Shown here one piece after another: positions 19,454 through 29,602 of a DNA stretch of 64,000 nt. A model generated the notes under the pieces. That model saw nothing but the letters and a program-made list of their open reading frames with translations. It searched no databases and was not told where the DNA came from. The first letter of the stretch is position 1; each line of letters begins with the position of its first letter. This stretch comes from Fibrobacteria bacterium. GTDB taxonomy: Bacteria > Fibrobacterota > Chitinivibrionia > Chitinivibrionales > FEN-1185. The stretch spans positions 92,701 through 156,700 of the forward strand of contig JBBIGR010000007.1 in NCBI GenBank assembly GCA_037447435.1. Reading direction: 5' to 3'. The translations under genes were made by a program, and so were the position numbers.

Positions 19454-21073
19454 ATGAATCGTTTGGGTTTTGCAATAATTGCAATTCTTTCCTGTTTTTT
19501 AGCCTCGTCTGCTCAAGACACCATCGATCTTCGGGCAAACTTCCTTAAAACAAACGGCAACAAAATTTGCAAGAATATGGGAGCCGGCCAAACCGTTTCG
19601 CTCAGGGGAGTCAATATCGGAAGCTGGTTGATTCGCGAGACCTGGGTCGATCCGGTCAACGGCGAAAAGGACGGAAGCGGCAATTACGTCGCGAATCCCA
19701 ACGATGCGGCTCGAAAAATCACCTGCGATTTGGCGGCCCGCGACTCGCTTGCCAAGCGTTTCGGCAAAGACAGCGCGGAAGCGCTTTACAAAGTGTTTCA
19801 AGACAACTGGATAACCGAATACGACTGGCAACTCATGAAAGCCGAAGGGTATAACTGCGTGCGGCTGCCGATATTCTATCTGATTCTGATGAATAAAGAC
19901 GGTACCTGGCGCAAAGACGCCCAAGGGAATATCGATTTTTCGCGGATAGACTGGGCCGTGAAGCAGGCGGCCAAAAACGGTATGTATACGCTTATCGATT
20001 TGCACGGCGCACCAGGTTCCCAAAACGGCAACATGCATTCCGGCGACATACAGTCCAAGCCGTTCCCCTTTTATTCGACCGCAAGCAATCAGACCAAAGC
20101 CGTGACCTGGTGGACCGAAGTGGCGCGTCATTTTAAAGGCGTTTCGGCAGTTGTCGGATACGATATTCTCAACGAACCGAGCGAAACCTACAGCAGCAAT
20201 ATGGGAAGCCAGACTGTCGACTTTTATAAAAAAGCGTACACCGCAATACGGGCGGTCGACACCGACCATATCATTTTCTTCGAAGCGATTTGGTCCCTGT
20301 CGACGCTGGCGATTCCCTCAAGCTACGGGTGGCAGAATGTCGTGTATGAGCTTCACCATTACGAATGGACAAATCAGACCGGGAGCGGCCAAATCGCATC
20401 CTGGAACACAAAACTCGCCGAAGTCGCCGCCAGTTCGAGCTGGAATGTGCCGATTGTTTTTGGCGAGCTGCAGCTTTTCAGCGATACGGTCGCCTGGCGA
20501 ACCGTGCTGAGCACCCTGAATTCGTCCGGGTACAGTTGGATGATGTGGTCGTGGAAAAACAAAAACACTGGCTGGAGTTGGGGCGTTTACACCGCTAAAA
20601 CGCCCGATGCGTATCATCCCTTTATCCTGACCGATTCCTACGATAAAATCAAGACGCAGTGGAGCTGTTGGACGACCAAAGATTACTTTACGCGTAATAT
20701 CCTGTATGCCGACGAACTGAAAAAACTATGCGCCGGCATTCTTAAATGCGATACGGTCGTGCCGGTTACCACGCCGGTGGCGCCGCCCATCCCGGCGGGC
20801 GACATGGCGAAACGTATCGGTATCATTCGCGCACATATCGACAACCAGGGTTATTCGGTCACGTTTTCCGCACGGCAGGGTGTTCTTGCAAAAGTAGAAC
20901 TGTACGATACGAAAGGGTGCCTTGTACAAGGACTTTATCGCGGCGCGGATCATGCGGCAGGTTCTAGGGAGGTGAGCGGTACCTTCAAGCAACCGCTTAT
21001 GCCCGGCAGCTATACCCTGCGGTTGACAAGCGAGGGAAATATCGCTTGTCAAACAATAAGCATCGTCCGGTAA
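19454..21073 (+). CDS. Secreted GH5 glycoside hydrolase with C-terminal sorting domain
   Basis: Signal peptide, LRGVNIGSWL, DLHGAPGSQNG, YDILNEP (acid/base), VFGE (nucleophile), ELYDTKG...GSYTLRL tail. Confidence 0.9.
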   Translation: MNRLGFAIIAILSCFLASSAQDTIDLRANFLKTNGNKICKNMGAGQTVSLRGVNIGSWLIRETWVDPVNGEKDGSGNYVANPNDAARKITCDLAARDSLAKRFGKDSAEALYKVFQDNWITEYDWQLMKAEGYNCVRLPIFYLILMNKDGTWRKDAQGNIDFSRIDWAVKQAAKNGMYTLIDLHGAPGSQNGNMHSGDIQSKPFPFYSTASNQTKAVTWWTEVARHFKGVSAVVGYDILNEPSETYSSNMGSQTVDFYKKAYTAIRAVDTDHIIFFEAIWSLSTLAIPSSYGWQNVVYELHHYEWTNQTGSGQIASWNTKLAEVAASSSWNVPIVFGELQLFSDTVAWRTVLSTLNSSGYSWMMWSWKNKNTGWSWGVYTAKTPDAYHPFILTDSYDKIKTQWSCWTTKDYFTRNILYADELKKLCAGILKCDTVVPVTTPVAPPIPAGDMAKRIGIIRAHIDNQGYSVTFSARQGVLAKVELYDTKGCLVQGLYRGADHAAGSREVSGTFKQPLMPGSYTLRLTSEGNIACQTISIVR

Positions 21074-21087
21074 TACCGCGTCGGTAC

Positions 21088-21124
21088 GGTTTCAAAGCCC
21101 ATTGTCGCAAGGGGCTTTGAAACC
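21088..21124. terminator. 13-bp stem hairpin after GH5 gene
   Basis: GGTTTCAAAGCCC...GGGCTTTGAAACC. Confidence 0.6.
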
Positions 21125-21407
21125 TGAGTCCGCTCGATATTGTTCGACACTTCCCAAAGGCCCTGGGCCGATTTCGCGACATTCTTTGCCACTTCCTCCA
21201 TTCCTTGGTCGCAATATCATTGATAACCTCGATATCTAACGTCATGCGTAAAAGAAAAGAATATATACCTGTTTTGAATCAGTTTAAATAAAACCATATG
21301 AGAAAAATTCCAATATTCATTTATATTAATGACACTGTTTCTTTTCTTCGGAAAATCGCCCTTTTTCGTGCCAATTCACCTGACAGTGCCTTACAGAGAG
21401 GAGAGCT

Positions 21408-22808
21408 ATGACATCCGGCAAAGGTTCGACAAATTTCTTTTTCATTATTCTTATTACCTTGGTTGCGACGATCGGAGGATTTTTATTCGGCTACGACAGC
21501 GGAGTGATAAACGGTACGGTCGAAGGGCTGCAAAAAGCTTTCCATTCGAACAGTATGGGTACGGGTTTCAATGTCGCCTGCATGCTTCTTGGTTGCGCGA
21601 TCGGCGCATTCATGGCCGGGTGGCTTGCCGATAAATTCGGCCGCCGAACCATTCTCATTATTGCTTCGCTCTGTTTTGCCGCAAGCGCCTTGGGCGCAGG
21701 CATCGCAGCATCATCGATACAATTTATCCTTGTTCGCGTACTCGGCGGTTTTGCCGTTGGTGCGGCAAGCGTGCTCGCACCCGCATACATCAGCGAAGTG
21801 ACACCTGCAAAATACCGGGGGGCTTTATCGTCGATTCAACAAATCGCCATCATCACCGGATTGACCGCATCCTTTTTAAGCAATTACACGCTAGCCCATG
21901 TTGCCGGCGGTTCAACCCAAATACTGGCCGGCGGTTTCGAAGCGTGGCGTTGGATGTTTTGGGTCATGATAATTCCTTCGGTCGCCTTCTTTTTCTCTTT
22001 GCTGTTCATTCCCGAAAGTCCAAGATTTTTGGTTGCGACCCGACAAAAGGAAAAGGCAATGTCGGTACTTAAAAAACTCATGGGAGAAGAAGCCCAGGCA
22101 AAATTCGATGAAATCGACGCCTCGCTTGTTTCCGACCATCATCGCCCGCGGCTTACGGACATCCTCGATTCCAAAACAATCGTCCGCCCTATCGTATGGA
22201 TCGGCATCGGACTCGCTACCTTCCAGCAATTGGTCGGAATCAACATCATATTTTACTACGGCGCGGTGTTATGGCGCTCCGCCGGTTTCACCGAAAACGA
22301 CGCGTTATTGATAAATGTTATTAGCGGTTCGGTCAGTATTGTGGCTTGTTTGGTCGCCACATTCACCATCGACAGGGTCGGGCGCAAGCCGCTTCTTATG
22401 ATCGGGTCAATCGGCATGGCCGTTACGTTGGGCACGCTTGCCGTGGTGTTCGGTACTGCTATTGTCAATAACGGTACATTGGAACTGACAAAGCAAACCG
22501 GTCCGATAGCCCTTATTGCGGCAAATTTGTACGTCATGTTTTTCAACTTTTCATGGGGGCCGGTCATGTGGGTCATGCTGGGAGAAATGTTCCCCAACCA
22601 ACTTCGCGGTTCGGGCATGGCTGTGAGCGGACTTGCACAATGGCTGTCGAATTTCGGCATCACCATGACCTTTCCCATTCTGCTTGCCAGCATCGGGCTT
22701 GGCGGGGCATACGGGTTATACGCGGTATGCGCCGTAATATCGATTTTCTTCATTATTAAATTCGTACATGAAACCAAAGGTAAGGAACTCGAAGAAATGA
22801 AGGGGTAA
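21408..22808 (+). CDS. MFS sugar porter (GlcP/XylE-like)
   Basis: GGFLFGYDSG, DKFGRR, PESPR, QQLVGIN, ETKGKELEEM; ~12 TM segments. Confidence 0.95.
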   Translation: MTSGKGSTNFFFIILITLVATIGGFLFGYDSGVINGTVEGLQKAFHSNSMGTGFNVACMLLGCAIGAFMAGWLADKFGRRTILIIASLCFAASALGAGIAASSIQFILVRVLGGFAVGAASVLAPAYISEVTPAKYRGALSSIQQIAIITGLTASFLSNYTLAHVAGGSTQILAGGFEAWRWMFWVMIIPSVAFFFSLLFIPESPRFLVATRQKEKAMSVLKKLMGEEAQAKFDEIDASLVSDHHRPRLTDILDSKTIVRPIVWIGIGLATFQQLVGINIIFYYGAVLWRSAGFTENDALLINVISGSVSIVACLVATFTIDRVGRKPLLMIGSIGMAVTLGTLAVVFGTAIVNNGTLELTKQTGPIALIAANLYVMFFNFSWGPVMWVMLGEMFPNQLRGSGMAVSGLAQWLSNFGITMTFPILLASIGLGGAYGLYAVCAVISIFFIIKFVHETKGKELEEMKG

Positions 22809-22838
22809 AACCTCCGGTTTCAGTACCGTTTGCTTTAT

Positions 22839-22868
22839 AAAAGGCGTCCGGAAACGGCCGCCTTTTTT
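22839..22868 (+). terminator. Intrinsic terminator
   Basis: AAAAGGCG...CGCCTTTTTT. Confidence 0.65.
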
Positions 22869-22959
22869 ATTTTGACACCGCCAAACAGGATCATAGTTCT
22901 CCCGCCGGGTAACATCATCTATTTTTGCATTCAGGAAACTTTGCAAAAAGGAAACTTCA

Positions 22960-23325
22960 ATGCTTGGATATTGTACCCTGATTCTGTTATGCCAATTAGC
23001 CGGCGAATGTATAACCTATACCACCAAAATCCCCGTTCCGGGTCCCGTGATCGGCATGGTCATTCTGCTCGGGATATTGATGCGTCGCAATCGCATGCCG
23101 GTGAACCTGGAAAAGGTCGCCGGGATTTTACATCGATACTTGCCCTTGCTGTTCGTACCCGCGGGCGTCGGCATCATTGCTAATGTAAATCTCCTGAAAA
23201 GATTCTGGGTTCCCATAGCCGGAGCCATATTCCTCGGCACGATTGTCACGATCGCCGTAACCGGCATTGTAATGCGGTCTTTTCATCGCTCTAAAATCCC
23301 TCTTGAAACCGAGGGGCGGCAGTGA
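22960..23325 (+). CDS. CidA/LrgA family holin-like protein
   Basis: QLAGE, PVPGPVIGM, LLFVPAGVG. Confidence 0.92.
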   Translation: MLGYCTLILLCQLAGECITYTTKIPVPGPVIGMVILLGILMRRNRMPVNLEKVAGILHRYLPLLFVPAGVGIIANVNLLKRFWVPIAGAIFLGTIVTIAVTGIVMRSFHRSKIPLETEGRQ

Positions 23326-24041
23326 TCGGGCATATAAAGGACCTGTGGATATATCTATCGGCCAGTCCGCTCGTATGGCTCACCGTTACCTTGATTGCCT
23401 ATCAAACAGGGTTACTATTGTATCGCAGGTTCAACGATAATCCGCTTTTGAGCCCGGTCCTATTTGCCATATGCCTATTGGTCGCTTTTTTAAAATTAAG
23501 CAATACCGGTTATTCGACGTATTTCAAGGGAGCGCAATTCATTCATTTCCTTTTAGGCCCGGCAACGGTGGCGTTGGCGATCCCTTTGTACCGTGAAATT
23601 ACTCTTATCCGGAAAGCATTCGTGCCGATTGCGATCACACTTATCGCCGGTTCGCTGACCGCCATAATCAATGCGGTCGCCATTGCCCGGTGCCTGGGAG
23701 GGAATAAACTGATCCTGCTGACGCTTGCGCCGAAAAGCGTCACGACGCCGATAGCCATGGGGATTTCGGAGAAAATCGGCGGCATACCGTCCTTGACAGC
23801 CGTGATCGTGGTGCTGACCGGGATTTTCGGGGCGGTTGCAGGTTCCTTTGTTCTTGACATCCTTAAAATCAAAGACGAGGCGGCCCGCGGAATGGCCTGG
23901 GGCGTTGCATCGCACGGCATCGGCACCGCGCATGCCCTGCAGAAGAGCCGGACATCGGGAGCCTTTTCCGCATTGGCAATGGCGGCAAACGGCTTGCTCA
24001 CCGCGCTTATTTTGCCTTTATTATTGGTATTGATCCGATGA
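23322..24041 (+). CDS. LrgB/CidB family protein
   Basis: LLGPATVALAIPLY, PKSVTTPIAM, SHGIGTA. Confidence 0.93.
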   Translation: MIGHIKDLWIYLSASPLVWLTVTLIAYQTGLLLYRRFNDNPLLSPVLFAICLLVAFLKLSNTGYSTYFKGAQFIHFLLGPATVALAIPLYREITLIRKAFVPIAITLIAGSLTAIINAVAIARCLGGNKLILLTLAPKSVTTPIAMGISEKIGGIPSLTAVIVVLTGIFGAVAGSFVLDILKIKDEAARGMAWGVASHGIGTAHALQKSRTSGAFSALAMAANGLLTALILPLLLVLIR

Positions 24042-24475
24042 AGACGACTGAAGAAAAATCCGTTCCTTTTTCGAACGATATTCTTGTCTTGTTGGCGGGG
24101 ATTGCCTGGGCCGGTGTCGGGATAATGCTTTTAACGTTTGCCTTTTCCTGGCTTGCAAGAATACCTAAAGTAAATATAGGACTGTTTGCCGGCGCAGGTT
24201 TTGCCCTGGGCCTGTTGGTGCATCATCTGGGATTCTTAAAAATTGTCGACAAGAATTTAGACCGAATCCGCTCGATGAATAAAAAGCACCCGCTATTCTC
24301 ATTCATTCCGTGGAAAAGCTATTTGATAATCGGTCTCATGATCGCAATGGGTTCGATTTTACGCCATTCGTCAATACCGAAGCAATACTTGTCGGTTGCC
24401 TATATTTGCATGGGCATGGCGCTCATACTGTCGAGCGTGAGGTATTTCAGGATTTATTTTCGGGGTTTAACATAA
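24038..24475 (+). CDS. Four-TM hypothetical membrane protein
   Basis: Hydrophobic helices; ATGA overlap with the lrgB-like gene. Confidence 0.75.
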   Translation: MKTTEEKSVPFSNDILVLLAGIAWAGVGIMLLTFAFSWLARIPKVNIGLFAGAGFALGLLVHHLGFLKIVDKNLDRIRSMNKKHPLFSFIPWKSYLIIGLMIAMGSILRHSSIPKQYLSVAYICMGMALILSSVRYFRIYFRGLT

Positions 24476-24539
24476 CCCCCCGCGATCCGGAGAAATTTTT
24501 CGCCTTTGCCTTGTTAAGTCGCCTTTATCGATTCGTATT

Positions 24540-26231
24540 TCAGTACCAATTTATTTTTGCGGTTAATTCCATCGACGGTCGACCGTCGGCATAGACTGCT
24601 TTCATTTTCAACAAATATAGTCCCTGAGCCGGTGGGATTGAATTTCCCAAAAAGATCGAATTGTTTCCCGGTAAGAAACCGCTTGCGACGGTGTTTTGCC
24701 ACACGCATTTACCCTGCATGGTAAATAACGATAAATTGATTTTCGATACGGATTTGTTTTGGACGGGAATGCTGTAGATAAGTCTTCTGTCTTTTCCAAC
24801 GCCGATTAAGCACAATGACGGTTGCGAAAGAGTTTTGGCATTATTGGGCGATTGCGCTGAGACAGTGGCAAAGCCGGTAACGGTAATATAGTCTACATTT
24901 TCACCGCCGGAACCGCCGATCAATTTAACGGTATTGGCAGTGCCGGCTTTTAGCGGGACCGTGAGGCAAGAATGCCCGGTATAACTGCTCCAACCGCCAC
25001 TCGACAGTGTGTTTATAAACGAAAAATCTGTATCGTTTACCATCAGTTTCATTTTGGCGGTTTCATTCGAACCGTAATACAGGTGTATCGTTGCTCTGCC
25101 GCCGTTTCCTCCGTTGACGTTATTGAATTGGAGAAATGATCCGGTCAAATGGAGATTTTGCACCACCTTCTTGCCGGAAGCCGCCGCGTCGTCGGCAACG
25201 GTCGCGCCGCCTCCCAGCACCGCATTCTCGGCTTCATAGGTCCCCAATACCGGTTGCGCGGGGGCAGCGGGTCCGGCAGCGGGCACACCGCTTGTCGTTT
25301 GCGTAACCAATTGGATGGTGCCGTCGCTGTTGTAATTGAGTTTGTCAACGCAAATCACCCGCAACCAGTCGTTTTTCGAGGTCGCGCTGGAGAAATAAAA
25401 CACATACCATTGACCCTTGAATTCGACGATAGACCCGTGTGCGCAATAGCTGTCGGTCGGATTCATGACAACGCCTTTGTAGGTCCAGGGGCCAAGGGGA
25501 TTGTTGCTTATCGCATAACACATGCGGTTGTCGCCCGTGGTATCGGAATGGTTGTCGGCATAGGAGAGATAATAGATATTGTTCCTCTTATGTACCCAGG
25601 TTGCTTCATGAAAATCGGTCAATCCCTGCATGGGCTGCATGGTGCCGTCGATTTCGGTCATATTCGCCTTAAGCTTTCCGCCTTTGCAAACGCCGCCGCC
25701 GCCGTAATAAAAATAGGCCTGTCCGTCGTCGTCCACAAATACGGCAGGGTCGATAAGCGATTCGAGACCGGCGATATAGCCTTGGCAAGTGAAACCGCTT
25801 GCCGGCTGCGTGCTCGTCGCGATGCCGATTTTCCAGGTGGAACCCCATGCCGCTCCGCTGCCGCTGGGGTGCGGAAAATACAAGTAATAGGTACCGTTTT
25901 TGTAGGCGCAATCGGGTGCCCACATGAATCCGCCTTCCGGCCTGCCCCACGGCACCTGGCTTGCGTTGAGTATTTCGCCTTCGTCAATCCAATTGACCAT
26001 GTCGGCGGTGGAAAACACATGATAACGGTCCATGAGATCGCAACCCTGGTTCGGATCGATGTCGTGCGAAGCATATACGTACATTCGACCGTCGCCCCAC
26101 ACATGTCCCGACGGATCGGCGGTATAAATGCTGTGAATAAAAGGGTTAACTGCAAAACAAGGCGATATTGTTGATAAAGCGATTAAACCGGCAAAGACAA
26201 TTCGGAACATGAAGCAACTTGCTTTTCCCAT
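24540..26231 (-). CDS. Secreted GH43 hydrolase with CBM6/CBM35-like module and C-terminal sorting domain
   Basis: YTADPS, MWAPD, IDP, FHEA, YEAENA...NVDY module, LSLFTMQGK...GLYLLK tail; ATG after AGGGAG. Confidence 0.9.
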   Translation of the reverse strand: MGKASCFMFRIVFAGLIALSTISPCFAVNPFIHSIYTADPSGHVWGDGRMYVYASHDIDPNQGCDLMDRYHVFSTADMVNWIDEGEILNASQVPWGRPEGGFMWAPDCAYKNGTYYLYFPHPSGSGAAWGSTWKIGIATSTQPASGFTCQGYIAGLESLIDPAVFVDDDGQAYFYYGGGGVCKGGKLKANMTEIDGTMQPMQGLTDFHEATWVHKRNNIYYLSYADNHSDTTGDNRMCYAISNNPLGPWTYKGVVMNPTDSYCAHGSIVEFKGQWYVFYFSSATSKNDWLRVICVDKLNYNSDGTIQLVTQTTSGVPAAGPAAPAQPVLGTYEAENAVLGGGATVADDAAASGKKVVQNLHLTGSFLQFNNVNGGNGGRATIHLYYGSNETAKMKLMVNDTDFSFINTLSSGGWSSYTGHSCLTVPLKAGTANTVKLIGGSGGENVDYITVTGFATVSAQSPNNAKTLSQPSLCLIGVGKDRRLIYSIPVQNKSVSKINLSLFTMQGKCVWQNTVASGFLPGNNSIFLGNSIPPAQGLYLLKMKAVYADGRPSMELTAKINWY

Positions 26232-26292
26232 TGAAAACTCCCTGGTGTTTGTCAGCAATAAATCAAAACTTTTCTACTTCAAAGCACCTTAA

Positions 26293-26559
26293 TTGTCGCA
26301 AAAAAGAGGGAACTTTTCAAGTAAATTAACTCGGTTTCAAATGACCTTAGACGATGATCTGGTAAGATCCGTTGACCAGGCAGCCAAGAAACTTCATATG
26401 AACCGGTCGGCTTTTACAAGGGCAGCCTTGCGCGATGCCTTAAAAAAATTGAATACTAAATTGTTGGAGCAAAAACAAATCAGCAGCTATCGGAATCATC
26501 CGTCAAAAAGTGACGAATTCAGTGTTTGGGAAAACGAACACGCATGGGGTGATAAATGA
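26293..26559 (+). CDS. CopG/RHH antitoxin
   Basis: QMTLDDDLV...MNRSAFTRAALR, C-terminal Y..HP...DEF..WE; overlaps toxin start; start 26293 or 26341. Confidence 0.82.
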   Translation: MSQKRGNFSSKLTRFQMTLDDDLVRSVDQAAKKLHMNRSAFTRAALRDALKKLNTKLLEQKQISSYRNHPSKSDEFSVWENEHAWGDK

Positions 26560-26867
26560 AACGCGGGGAGATCAGATGGTATGGTTTTTCCGCACCCGAC
26601 AAGAAACGGCCGGTGCTTATTCTTTCCAGGAATTCGGTGATTCCCTACCTTGGCGAAGTTACCGTTGCTCCGATTACCCCGACAATACGCGATATTCCAA
26701 GTGAGGTCGTACTGTCGGAAAAAGACGGTATGAAAACCGATTGCGCGGTGAATTGCGATCATTTGCAAACCGTTTCGAAATCCAAACTCGGTCCTGTTCT
26801 CACGAGTCTTACCACGGAAAAAATGAACCATGTTTCGTCTGCTATCGGATTCGCGCTGGACTTATAA
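26556..26867 (+). CDS. mazF: PemK/MazF family toxin
   Basis: MKRGEI.W, KKRPVLILS, VAPIT, AVNCD. Confidence 0.92.
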   Translation: MKRGEIRWYGFSAPDKKRPVLILSRNSVIPYLGEVTVAPITPTIRDIPSEVVLSEKDGMKTDCAVNCDHLQTVSKSKLGPVLTSLTTEKMNHVSSAIGFALDL

Positions 26868-26891
26868 GCCTTTTCGCAGAAGTTAATTTTC

Positions 26892-28868
26892 TTAGCGGGC
26901 CAAATATGTTTTTAAGAAAAGTGCCTGCGCGCATTCCTAGTAATCGTTATTGGATTTTTTTCTGAATCCATGTCCCTCGTCCGCGGCAAACAGGGTCCAG
27001 ACCGGGATGAGGTTCGATCGTGTTGCATCCGCGATTTGCTGCGATTCGCCGAGAGGAACACGGGGGTCGTTTGCGCCCTGCAGGATAAACAGCGGCGCTT
27101 TGATTCGGGCGGCTTGCGAAAGCGGCGATATGCGGACAAGAAAATCATGCATCGCAGGTACGCGTTCGTCACCGTATTCGACACGGCGAAGTTCTTTACG
27201 ATATCCGGCCGTATGGTCGAGGAATGTGATGAAATTACTGATACCGTACATATCGATTCCCGCGACGATTTTGGTGTTATAGGTTTCCATGGTCGCAAGC
27301 GACAGGAATCCGCCGTACGAACCGCCGAAAACGGCGACGCGGTTTGGGTCGAGGTCTTTTTGTGCGGCGATCCAGTCGAGCAGGCAGCCGACATCCTTAA
27401 TTGCGCCTTCGCGTAAAAAACCGTTGTCAAGCGATAGCCAGGTTTTTCCGTATCCGCCCGACCCGCGCACATTCGGGGCGACGACGCACATGCCGAGCTC
27501 GTTGACATAGTATTGGATTTGCGGGTTGAAATAGGGCCAGAATTGGCTTTCCGGCCCGCCGTGCAGACTAATGAGCACGGGGAAACGCCTGCCGTCACTT
27601 CTTGGTTTGTAAACAAAACAGGGAATAGTACGCACTCCGTTATTTACCGAATCAAACGTCGGGTAATGAATGAGCTTTGGCGAGGCATATCGAAGGGCTT
27701 TCGCATCGTGTGGGCCTTGGAATGTCCATTGTTCAAGGGCGAAATCCGACAATCGAATCGTAAACGCCTCTTCCGAATGTTGCGGCGTGGCGATAGTGAC
27801 GCCGAGGAATTCCCCGGTAAAGTCAAAGTGCAGTCCGTAAATTCCTCCTTTCGGAAGGGGGGTGATTTCTTTGAATGAAAATGTCGCTGTATTCATGAGG
27901 TAAAGGTGCGAAAATCCGTTTTCATTTGTTTGGAACGCAAGGGTTTTCCGGTTTTTCGAGAGGGCGATTTCCCGCACGTCCCATCCGAGTTGCGGAGTAA
28001 GAATCGAATCGTGATGTGTTTTAATATCTACATACCTAAGGGTCCGGACGTCGGTGTTTTTGTCGGATGTCAAAAAAACGCCGGTTCCGCGGTCGCCGAA
28101 GGCGGCGCATTCCTGCGAAACCGTGTCCGATTCGTTAAAAAGCGGAAAGAGTGTGCCGTGTGCCACCTCGCAGAGATAAAAAAACGACGCGGTACGGGAC
28201 AAATAATGCGAAACAATGATGCAACTGTCGTTTGGGGACCAATCGAGGGCCGACCAGGATCCTTCTTTGGAGAGAAGGGTCTTTACGGAATTTCCGTTTT
28301 CAATGTCGCATATGCGAATGTCGAAGTCTTTTCCGTTGCGGCCATTGGTTTGAAATGCAAAACGGTTGCCGCTGTTCGACCAAACGATATCGCTGTTTTG
28401 AAAATTGCCAAAAGTAATTTGCTCGATACGCAACGAATCGAGGTGCAATAAATAAATTTGGAAATTTTCGTTTCCACCTTTGTCCTGTGTAAAGGCGATT
28501 AAACGCTTTTTCGGGTCAGGACAAATGACGGCTTCGGTAACCGGCTCGGGAAGGGACGTCAGTTTTTTCGGTTGCGCAAGGGGTTTTTCGATATAAAACA
28601 GCTGATTGATATCGGAATCCCTTGAAACCGCGATAATGCCTTTGTCAAAGGGGAACCATCCGGCAAAGGTTGCAAAATTCCAGTTTTCGTATTCCAGCAC
28701 CGTGCGGGAAAAAGATGCGGGAATCCCCGGTATGCCGGAAACCGAAATCGAGGGCGGAACCGGCAATGAGTTGGGTTTGTTGGAACAACCGCAGCCGCAG
28801 ATAGTGATTGCGCAGAAAAGAGCAAGAATGATACGGCTATGGACAATACGGCCAATGATTTTATACAT
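26892..28868 (-). CDS. S9 prolyl oligopeptidase family lipoprotein; in-frame TAG at 26937-26939, 14 codons before the likely natural TAA
   Basis: Signal peptide with Cys, beta-propeller, HGGPE, GGSYGG, NDPRVP, DEGHGF; frame continues ECAQALFLKTYLAR after TAG. Confidence 0.85.
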
Positions 28869-28915
28869 GATAATAAAATGGTTGATTCAATGAAGGCGGG
28901 AGAAAATATTGTTTC

Positions 28916-28940
28916 ACACAAATAGATGTGTTATATTATG
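28916..28940 (+). promoter_or_regulatory. Putative vapBC operator/promoter
   Basis: ACACA-N6-TGTGT inverted repeat next to a TATTAT -10-like hexamer upstream of the antitoxin. Confidence 0.4.
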
Positions 28941-28982
28941 TGTACGATGGGATCGTGTGAAATAGAAATATTGGAGGGCAAA

Positions 28983-29180
28983 ATGGCAACGAATTTAGCA
29001 TTGGATGACAATTTAATTATTGAAGCGCAAAAAATCGGTCATCATAAATCGAAGAAAGATGCAGTGACAACAGCTTTAAAGGAATATATTGCACATAAAA
29101 AACAGATAAAAATTCTTTCATTATTCGAAAAAATCGATTTTGATGCAAGTTACAATTATAAAAAAGCGAGAATGCGATGA
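28983..29180 (+). CDS. vapB: VapB family antitoxin
   Basis: MATNLALDDNL, SKKDAVTTALKEYI; GGAGG SD; ATGA overlap with PIN gene. Confidence 0.9.
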   Translation: MATNLALDDNLIIEAQKIGHHKSKKDAVTTALKEYIAHKKQIKILSLFEKIDFDASYNYKKARMR

Positions 29181-29569
29181 AGGTATTGGTTGATACCTGC
29201 ATTTGGTCTCACGCGCTTCGGTATAAAAATCCTACCAAAACTATTGAAGAAAAGCTAAGGGAAATAATTAAGGACGGGAGATTGGCCATAATCGGACCCA
29301 TTCGTCAAGAATTACTTTCAGGAGTATCGAGACCGGCGCAGTTCGATATGCTTAAAGAGCATTTATCCTCTTTTGAAGATATACCTTTGACCTCGCTGCA
29401 TTTTGTGAAAGCTGCTGAATTCAGCAACAGTTGTATGGGAAAGGGAATTCAGGGGTCAAATACGGATTTCTTAATTTGTTCCGTTGCATATATAGAAAAT
29501 CTTAAAATATTTACTACTGATTTGGATTTTAAGAATTATAAAAAAGTCCTGCCGATAGACCTGTTTTAA
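29177..29569 (+). CDS. vapC: PIN domain toxin VapC
   Basis: VLVDTCIWS, QELLSG, TDFLI, TTDLDF. Confidence 0.92.
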   Translation: MKVLVDTCIWSHALRYKNPTKTIEEKLREIIKDGRLAIIGPIRQELLSGVSRPAQFDMLKEHLSSFEDIPLTSLHFVKAAEFSNSCMGKGIQGSNTDFLICSVAYIENLKIFTTDLDFKNYKKVLPIDLF

Positions 29570-29602
29570 AATTGAGAAAAAGCACTAAAGGTATTTTGAT
29601 CT

